Part shown: positions 55,501 through 64,000 of the stretch, piece after piece
Position numbering within the stretch: the first letter of the stretch is position 1
How the letters are laid out: every line of letters begins with the position of its first letter
DNA from: Eledone cirrhosa
Taxonomy: Eukaryota
Assembly (NCBI GenBank): GCA_964016885.1
Contig: OZ024741.1
Span: 20,832,001 to 20,896,000 of the forward strand
Direction of reading: 5' to 3'
DNA: 64,000 bases
The notes under the pieces: generated by a model
The model's database searches: none
Told to the model about the DNA's origin: nothing
The model's input: only the letters and a program-made list of their open reading frames with translations
Position numbers and translations under genes: made by a program

Positions 55501-57570
55501 GGGTGAAGACCAGCTAAGACAACCAATTAGAGTGTGGAACTTGGGGAGTGAAGACCAGCTAAGACAACCAATTAGATGGTGGAATTTGGGAAGAGAAGAC
55601 CAGCTAAGAGAACGAATTAATGGTGGAACTAGGAGAGTGAAGACCAGCTAAGACAGCCAATTAGAGGGTGAAGACCAGCTAAGAGAACGAATTAGAAGGT
55701 GGAACTTGGGGAGAGAAGGCCAGCTAAGACAACCAATTAGATGGTGGAACTTGGGGAGTGAAGACCAGCTAAGAAAACCAATTAGATGGTGGAACATGTG
55801 GACTGAAGACGAGCTAAGACAACCAATAAGATGGTGGAACTTGGGGAGTGAAGACCAGCTGAGACAACCAATTAGATGGTGGAACTTGGGGACTGAAGAC
55901 CAGCTAAGACAACCAATTAGATGGTGGAACTTGGGGAGTGAAGACCAGCTAAGACAACCAATTAGATGGTGGAACTTGGGGAGTGAAGACCAGCTAAGAC
56001 AACCAATTAGATGGTGGAACTTGGGGAGTGAAGACCAGCTAAGACAACCAATTAGATGGTGGAACTTAGAGGGTGAAGACCATCGAAGACAACCAATTAG
56101 ATGGTGGAAATAGGAGAGTGAAGACCAGCTAAGACAGCCAATTAGAGGGTGAAGACCAGCTAAGACAACAAGTTAGATGGTGGAACTTGGGGAGTGAAGA
56201 CCTGCTAAGACACCCAATTAGATGATGGAATTTGGGAAGAGAAGACCAGCTAAGACAACCAATTAGATGGTGGAACTTGGAGAGTGAAGACCAGCTAAGA
56301 CAACCAATTAGATGGTGGAACTTGGAGAGTGAAGACCAGCTAAGACAACCAATTAGATGGTGGAACTTGGGGAGTGAAGACCAGCTAAGACAGCCAATTA
56401 GATGGTGGAATAGTGGAATGAAGACCAGCTAAGACAACCAATTAGATGGTGGAACTTGGGGAGTGAAGACCAGCTAAGAAAACCAGTTATATGGTGGAAC
56501 TTGGAGAGTGAAGACCAGCTAAGAGAACGAATTAGATAGTGGAACTTGGAGAGTGAAGACCAGCTAAGACAACCAATTAGATGGTGGAACTTGGAGAGTG
56601 AAGACCAGCTAAGACAACAAATTAGATGGTGGAACTTGGAGAGTGAAGACCAGCTAAGACAACCAATTAGATGGTGGAACTTAGAGGGTGAAGACCAGCT
56701 AAGACAACCAATTAGATGATGGAACTTGGGGAGAAAAGACCAGCTAAGACAACCAATTAGATGGTGGAACTTGGGGAGTGAAGACCAGCTAAGACAAACA
56801 ATTAGATGGTGGAACTTGGGGAGTGAAGAACAGCTAAGACAACCAATTAGATGGTGGAACTTGGGGAGTGTAGACCAGCTAAGACAACCAATTAGATGGT
56901 GGAACTTAGTGGGTGAAGACCAGCGAAGACAACCAATTAGATGGTGGAACTAGGAGAGTGAAGACCAGCTAAGACAACCAATTAGAGGGTGAAGACCAGC
57001 TAAGACAACCAATTAGATGGTGGAACTTGGGGAGTGAAGACCAGCTAAGACAACCAATTAGATGGTGGAATTTGGGAAGAGAAGACCAGCTAAGAGAACG
57101 AATTAATGGTGGAACTAGGAGAGTGAAGACCAGCTAAGACAGCCAATTAGAGGGTGAAGACCAGCTAAGAGAACGAATTAGAAGGTGGAACTTGGGGAGA
57201 GAAGGCCAGCTAAGACAACCAATTAGATGGTCGAACTTGGGGAGTGAAGACCAGCTAAGACAACCAATTAGATGGTGGAACTTTGAGAGAGAAGACGAGC
57301 TAAGAAAACCAATTAGATGGTGGAACTTGGAGAGTGAAGACCAGCTAAGAAAACCAATTAGATGGTGGAACATGTGGACTGAAGACGAGCTAAGACAACC
57401 AATAAGATGGTGGAACTTGGGGAGTGAAGACCAGCTGAGACAACCAATTAGATGGTGGAACTTGGGGACTGAAGACCAGCTAAGACAACCAATTAGATGG
57501 TGGAACTTGGGGAGTGAAGACCAGCTAAGACAACCAATTAGATAGTGGAACTTAGAGAGAGAAGACCAGA
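46577..57570 (+). repeat. Near-perfect tandem duplication of a 5,497-bp unit (about 46577-52073 / 52074-57570)
   Basis: Nine consecutive plus-strand ORF pairs are offset by exactly 5,497 (46889/52386 through 51695/57192). The unit is 109x45 + 12x31 + 5x44. Confidence 0.94.
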
Positions 57571-57899
57571 TAAGACAACCAATTAGATGGTGGAACTTGG
57601 GGAGTGAAGACCAGCTAAGACAACCAATTAGATGGTGGAACTTGGGGAGTGAAGACCAGCTAAGACAACCAATTAGATGGTGGAACTTGGGGAGTGAAGA
57701 CCAGCTAATACAACCAATTAGATGGTGGAACCTAGAGGGTGAAGACCATCGAAGACAACCAATTAGATGGTGGAAATAGGAGAGTGAAGACCAGCTAAGA
57801 CAGCCAATTAGAGGGTGAAGACCAGCTAAGACAACAAATTAGATGGTGGAACTTGGGGAGTGAAGACCTGCTAAGACACCCAATTAGATGGTGGAATTT

Positions 57900-60800
57900 G
57901 GGAAGAGAAGACCAGCTAAGACAACCAATTAGATGGTGGAACTTGGAGAGTGAAGACCAGCTAAGACAACCAATTAGATGGTGGAACTTGGAGAGTGAAG
58001 ACCAGCTAAGACAACCAATTAGATGGTGGAACTTGGGGAGTGAAGACCAGCTAAGACAACCAATTAGATGGTGGAATAGTGGAATGAAGACCAGCTAAGA
58101 CAACCAATTAGATGGTGGAACTTGGGGAGTGAAGACCAGCTAAGAAAACCAGTTATATGGTGGAACTTGGAGAGTGAAGACCAGCTAAGAGAACGAATTA
58201 GATAGTGGAACTTGGAGAGTGAAGACCAGCTAAGACAACCAATTAGATGGTGGAACTTGGAGAGTGAAGACCAGCTAAGACAACCAATTAGATGGTGGAA
58301 CTTAGAGGGTGAAGACCAGCTAAGACAACCAATTAGATGATGGAACTTGGGGAGAATAGACCAGCTAAGACAACCAATTAGATGGTGGAACTTGGGGAGT
58401 GAAGACCAGCTAAGACAACCAATTAGATGGTGGAACTTGGAGAGTGAAGACCAGCTAAGACAACCAATTAGATGGTGGAACTTGGGGAGTGAAGAACAGC
58501 TAAGACAACCAATTAGATGGTGGAACTTGGGGAGTGTAGACCAGCTAAGACAACCAATTAGATGGTGGAACTTAGAGGGTGAAGACCAGCGAAGACAACC
58601 AATTAGATGGTGGAACTAGGAGAGTGAAGACCAGCTAAGACAACCAATTAGAGGGTGAAGACCAGCTAAGACAACCAATTAGATGGTGGAACTTGGGGAG
58701 TGAAGACCAGCTAAGACAACCAATTAGATGGTGGAATTTGGGAAGAGAAGACCAGCTAAGAGAACGAATTAATGGTGGAACTAGGAGAGTGAAGACCAGC
58801 TAAGACAGCCAATTAGAGGGTGAAGACCAGCTAAGAGAACGAATTAGAAGGTGGAACTTGGGGAGAGAAGACCAGCTAAGACAACCAATTAGATGGTGGA
58901 ACTTGGGGAGTGAAGACCAGCTAAGACAACCAATTAGATGGTGGAACTTTGAGAGAGAAAACGAACTAAGAAAACCAATTAGATGGTGGAACTTGGAGAG
59001 TGAAGACCAGCTAAGAAAACCAATTAGATGGTGGAACATGTGGACTGAAGACGAGCTAAGACAACCAATAAGATGGTGGAACTTGGGGAGTGAAGACCAG
59101 CTGAGACAACCAATTAGATGGTGGAACTTGGGGACTGAAGACCAGCTATGACAACGAATTAGATGGTGGAACTTGGGGAGTGAAGACCAGCTAAGACAAC
59201 CAATTAGATGGTGGAACTTAGAGAGAGAAGACCAGATAAGACAACCAATTAGATGGTGGAACTTGGGGAGTGTAGACCAGCTAAGACAACCAATTAGATG
59301 GTGGAACTTGGGGAGTGAAGACCAGCTAAGACAACCAATTAGATGGTGGAACTTGGGGAGTGAAGACCAGCTAAGACAACCAATTAGATGGTGGAACTTG
59401 GGGAGTGAAGACCAGCTAAGACAACCAATTAGATGGTGGAACTTAGAGGGTGAAGACCATCGAAGACAACCAATTAGATGGTGGAAATAGGAGAGTGAAG
59501 ACCAGCTAAGACAGCCAATTAGAGGGTGAAGACCAGCTAAGACAACAAATTAGATGGTGGAACTTGGGGAGTGAAGACCTGCTAAGACACCCAATTAGAT
59601 GGTGGAATTTGGGAAGAGAAGACCAGCTAAGACAACCAATTAGATGGTGGAACTTGGAGAGTGAAGACCAGCTAAGACAACCAATTAGATGGTGGAACTT
59701 GGAGAGTGAAGACCAGCTAAGACAACCAATTAGATGGTGGAACTTGGGGAGTGAAGACCAGCTAAGACAACCAATTAGATGGTGGAATAGTGGAATGAAG
59801 ACCAGCTAAGACAACCAATTAGATGGTGGAACTTGGGGAGTGAAGACCAGCTAAGAAAACCAGTTATATGGTGGAACTTGGAGAGTGAAGACCAGCTAAG
59901 AGAACGAATTAGATAGTGGAACTTGGAGAGTGAAGACCAGCTAAGACAACCAATTAGATGGTGGAACTTGGAGAGTGAAGACCAGCTAAGACAACAAATT
60001 AGATGGTGGAACTTGGAGAGTGAAGACCAGCTAAGACAACCAATTAGATGGTGGAACTTAGAGGGTGAAGACCAGCTAAGACAACCAATTAGATGATGGA
60101 ACTTGGGGAGAAAAGACCAGCTAAGACAACCAATTAGATGGTGGAACTTGGGGAGTGAAGACCAGCTAAGACAACCAATTAGATGGTGGAACTTAGAGGG
60201 TGAAGACCAGCGAAGACAACCAATTAGATGGTGGAACTAGGAGAGTGAAGACCAGCTAAGAGAACGAATTAGATGGTGGAACTAGGAGAGTGAAGACCAG
60301 CTAAGACAGCCAATTAGAGGGTGAAGACCAGCTAAGAGAACGAATTAGAAGGTGGAACTTGGGGAGAGAAGACCAGCTAAGACAACCAATTAGAAGGTGG
60401 AACTTGGGGAGAGAAGACCAGCTAAGACAACCAATTAGATGGTGGAACTTGGAGAGTGAAGACCAGCTAAGACAACCAATTAGATGGTGGAACTTGGAGA
60501 GAGAAGACCAGCTAAGAAAACCAATTAGATGGTGGAACTTGGAGAGTGAAGACCAGCTAAGAGAACCAATTAGATGGTGGAACATGTGGACTGAAGACCA
60601 GCTAAGACAACCAATTAGATGGTGGAACTTGGGGAGTGAAGACCAGCTAAGAAAACCAGTTATATGGTGGAACTTGGAGAGTGAAGACCAGCTAAGAGAA
60701 CGAATTAGATAGTGGAACTTGGAGAGTGAAGACCAGCTAAGACAACCAATTAGATGGTGGAACTTAGAGGGTGAAGACCAGCTAAGACAACCAATTAGAT

Positions 60801-63800
60801 GATGGAACTTGGGGAGAAAAGACCAGCTAAGACAACCAATTAGATGGTGGAACTTGGGGAGTGAAGACCAGCTAAGACAACCAATTAGATGGTGGAACTT
60901 GGAGAGTGAAGACCAGCTAAGACAACCAATTAGATGGTGGAACTTGGAGAGTGAAGACCAGCTAAGACAACCAATTAGATGGTGGAACTTGGGGAGTGAA
61001 GACCAGCTAAGACAACCAATTAGATGGTGGAATAGTGGAATGAAGACCAGCTAAGACAACCAATTAGATGGTGGAACTTGGGGAGTGAAGACCAGCTAAG
61101 AAAACCAGTTATATGGTGGAACTTGGAGAGTGAAGACCAGCTAAGAGAACGAATTAGATAGTGGAACTTGGAGAGTGAAGACCAGCTAAGACAACCAATT
61201 AGATGGTGGAACTTGGAGAGTGAAGACCAGCTAAGACAACCAATTAGATGGTGGAACTTAGAGGGTGAAGACCAGCTAAGACAACCAATTAGATGATGGA
61301 ACTTGGGGAGAATAGACCAGCTAAGACAACCAATTAGATGGTGGAACTTGGGGAGTGAAGACCAGCTAAGACAACCAATTAGATGGTGGAACTTGGAGAG
61401 TGAAGACCAGCTAAGACAACCAATTAGATGGTGGAACTTGGGGAGTGAAGAACAGCTAAGACAACCAATTAGATGGTGGAACTTGGGGAGTGTAGACCAG
61501 CTAAGACAACCAATTAGATGGTGGAACTTAGAGGGTGAAGACCAGCGAAGACAACCAATTAGATGGTGGAACTAGGAGAGTGAAGACCAGCTAAGACAAC
61601 CAATTAGAGGGTGAAGACCAGCTAAGACAACCAATTAGATGGTGGAACTTGGGGAGTGAAGACCAGCTAAGACAACCAATTAGATGGTGGAATTTGGGAA
61701 GAGAAGACCAGCTAAGAGAACGAATTAATGGTGGAACTAGGAGAGTGAAGACCAGCTAAGACAGCCAATTAGAGGGTGAAGACCAGCTAAGAGAACGAAT
61801 TAGAAGGTGGAACTTGGGGAGAGAAGACCAGCTAAGACAACCAATTAGATGGTGGAACTTGGGGAGTGAAGACCAGCTAAGACAACCAATTAGATGGTGG
61901 AACTTTGAGAGAGAAAACGAACTAAGAAAACCAATTAGATGGTGGAACTTGGAGAGTGAAGACCAGCTAAGAAAACCAATTAGATGGTGGAACATGTGGA
62001 CTGAAGACGAGCTAAGACAACCAATAAGATGGTGGAACTTGGGGAGTGAAGACCAGCTGAGACAACCAATTAGATGGTGGAACTTGGGGACTGAAGACCA
62101 GCTATGACAACGAATTAGATGGTGGAACTTGGGGAGTGAAGACCAGCTAAGACAACCAATTAGATGGTGGAACTTAGAGAGAGAAGACCAGATAAGACAA
62201 CCAATTAGATGGTGGAACTTGGGGAGTGAGACCAGCTAAGACAACCAATAAGATGGTGGAACTTGGGGACTGAAGACCAGCTATGACAACGAATTAGATG
62301 GTGGAACTTGGGGAGTGAGACCAGCTAAGACAACCAATAAGATGGTGGAACTTGGGGAGTGAAGACCAGCTAAGACAACCAATTAGATGGTGGAACTTGG
62401 GGAGTGAAGACCAGCTAAGACAACCAATTAGATGGTGGAACTTGGGGAGTGAAGACCAGCTAAGACAACCAATTAGATGGTGGAACTTAGAGGGTGAAGA
62501 CCAGCGAAGACAACCAATTAGATGGTGGAAATAGGAGAGTGAAGACCAGCTAAGACAACCAATTAGATGGTGGAACTTGGGGAGTGAAGACCAGCTAAGA
62601 CAACCAATTAGATGGTGGAACTTAGAGGGTGAAGACCAGCTAAGACAACCAATTAGATGATGGAACTTGGGGAGAAAAGACCAGCTAAGACAACCAATTA
62701 GATGGTGGAACTTGGGGAGTGAAGACCTGCTAAGACACCCAATTAGATGGTGGAATTTGGGAAGAGAAGACCAGCTAAGACAACCAATTAGATGGTGGAA
62801 CTTGGAGAGTGAAGACCAGCTAAGACAACCAATTAGATGGTGGAACTTAGAGGGTGAAGACCAGCTAAGACAACCAATTAGATGATGGAACTTGGGGAGA
62901 AAAGACCAGCTAAGACAACCAATTAGATGGTGGAACTTGGGGAGTGAAGACCAGCTAAGACAACCAATTAGATGGTGGAACTTAGAGGGTGAAGACCAGC
63001 GAAGACAACCAATTAGATGGTGGAACTAGGAGAGTGAAGACCAGCTAAGAGAACGAATTAGATGGTGGAACTAGGAGAGTGAAGACCAGCTAAGACAGCC
63101 AATTAGAGGGTGAAGACCAGCTAAGAGAACGAATTAGAAGGTGGAACTTGGGGAGAGAAGACCAGCTAAGACAACCAATTAGAAGGTGGAACTTGGGGAG
63201 AGAAGACCAGCTAAGACAACCAATTAGATGGTGGAACTTGGAGAGTGAAGACCAGCTAAGACAACCAATTAGATGGTGGAACTTGGAGAGAGAAGACCAG
63301 CTAAGAAAACCAATTAGATGGTGGAACTTGGAGAGTGAAGACCAGCTAAGAGAACCAATTAGATGGTGGAACATGTGGACTGAAGACCAGCTAAGACAAC
63401 CAATTAGATGGTGGAACTTGGGGAGTGAAGACCAGCTAAGAAAACCAGTTATATGGTGGAACTTGGAGAGTGAAGACCAGCTAAGAGAACGAATTAGATA
63501 GTGGAACTTGGAGAGTGAAGACCAGCTAAGACAACCAATTAGATGGTGGAACTTAGAGGGTGAAGACCAGCTAAGACAACCAATTAGATGATGGAACTTG
63601 GGGAGAAAAGACCAGCTAAGACAACCAATTAGATGGTGGAACTTGGGGAGTGAAGACCAGCTAAGACAACCAATTAGATGGTGGAACTTGGAGAGTGAAG
63701 ACCAGCTAAGACAACCAATTAGATGGTGGAACTTGGAGAGTGAAGACCAGCTAAGACAACCAATTAGATGGTGGAACTTGGGGAGTGAAGACCAGCTAAG

Positions 63801-64000
63801 ACAACCAATTAGATGGTGGAATAGTGGAATGAAGACCAGCTAAGACAACCAATTAGATGGTGGAACTTGGGGAGTGAAGACCAGCTAAGAAAACCAGTTA
63901 TATGGTGGAACTTGGAGAGTGAAGACCAGCTAAGAGAACGAATTAGATAGTGGAACTTGGAGAGTGAAGACCAGCTAAGACAACCAATTAGATGGTGGAA
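57900..64000 (+). repeat. Imperfect ~2.8-3.0-kb higher-order duplication
   Basis: Offsets are 2,956 (58347/61303, 58858/61814) and 2,789 (60359/63148, 60809/63598). Shared markers are GGAGAATAG, GAAAACGAAC and CTATGACAACG. Confidence 0.85.

Larger units (their letters stand above)
1..64000 (+). repeat. 45-bp tandem satellite DNA array (consensus GATGGTGGAACTTGGGGAGTGAAGACCAGCTAAGACAACCAATTA) with 31-bp and 44-bp variant monomers; runs off both window ends
   Basis: The monomer is read directly (46-90 is the consensus) and repeats head-to-tail across the window. No inversion or non-repeat sequence was seen. The 15-aa periodicity of every ORF confirms the 45-bp period. Confidence 0.99.

Noticed and set aside
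2236-63374. Minus-strand ORFs (FHHLIGCLSWSSLPK repeats)
   Set aside because: These are the antisense reading of the same satellite. The ATG comes from the CATG variant, and the ends come from 31-mer frameshifts.
12-63843. Plus-strand ORFs encoding 15-aa WWN repeats, read as a repeat-protein gene family
   Set aside because: The starts are mostly TTG codons inside the repeat. There are no unique N- or C-terminal domains. Stop-bearing and frameshifting (31/44-bp) monomers are amplified throughout, and the variants are mostly non-synonymous.
1-64000. CRISPR-like array (about 35-nt constant part plus variable part)
   Set aside because: The variable part is only about 10 nt and consists of a few related, reused alleles rather than unique spacers. 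There is no leader and no cas gene.
1-64000. Telomerase-synthesised telomeric repeat, suggested by the G-rich strand
   Set aside because: The unit is longer than known telomerase repeats, and the kb-scale duplicated variant patterns point to recombinational amplification. A subtelomeric location is not excluded.
1-64000. Transposon, LTR, rDNA spacer or structural RNA genes
   Set aside because: No terminal repeats, target-site duplications, coding remnants or rRNA/tRNA sequence were seen anywhere in the window.

Overview
The whole 64-kb window is one uninterrupted head-to-tail tandem satellite array in a single orientation. I see no unique sequence, real genes, RNA genes, transposon insertions or CRISPR array. 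The consensus monomer is 45 bp, GATGGTGGAACTTGGGGAGTGAAGACCAGCTAAGACAACCAATTA (16 A, 14 G, 8 T, 7 C; about 47% GC; 67% purine on +; no CpG), present in roughly 1,450 copies (estimate). Recurrent 31-bp and 44-bp length variants are interspersed. All ORFs in the track arise because the 15-codon monomer is stop-free in one frame per strand. The notable biology is structural. Variant monomers follow a recurring order that forms cassettes of an irregular higher-order repeat (about 2.4 kb). Recent near-identical duplications overlie this (3,604, 1,892, 1,577, about 3,600, 5,497 and about 2,800-2,960 bp), along with longer-range copies, readable recombination junctions and regionally layered variant subfamilies. 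It looks like eukaryotic (peri)centromeric or subtelomeric satellite DNA, but organism and chromosomal location cannot be determined from the sequence. I did not find a protein-coding system.
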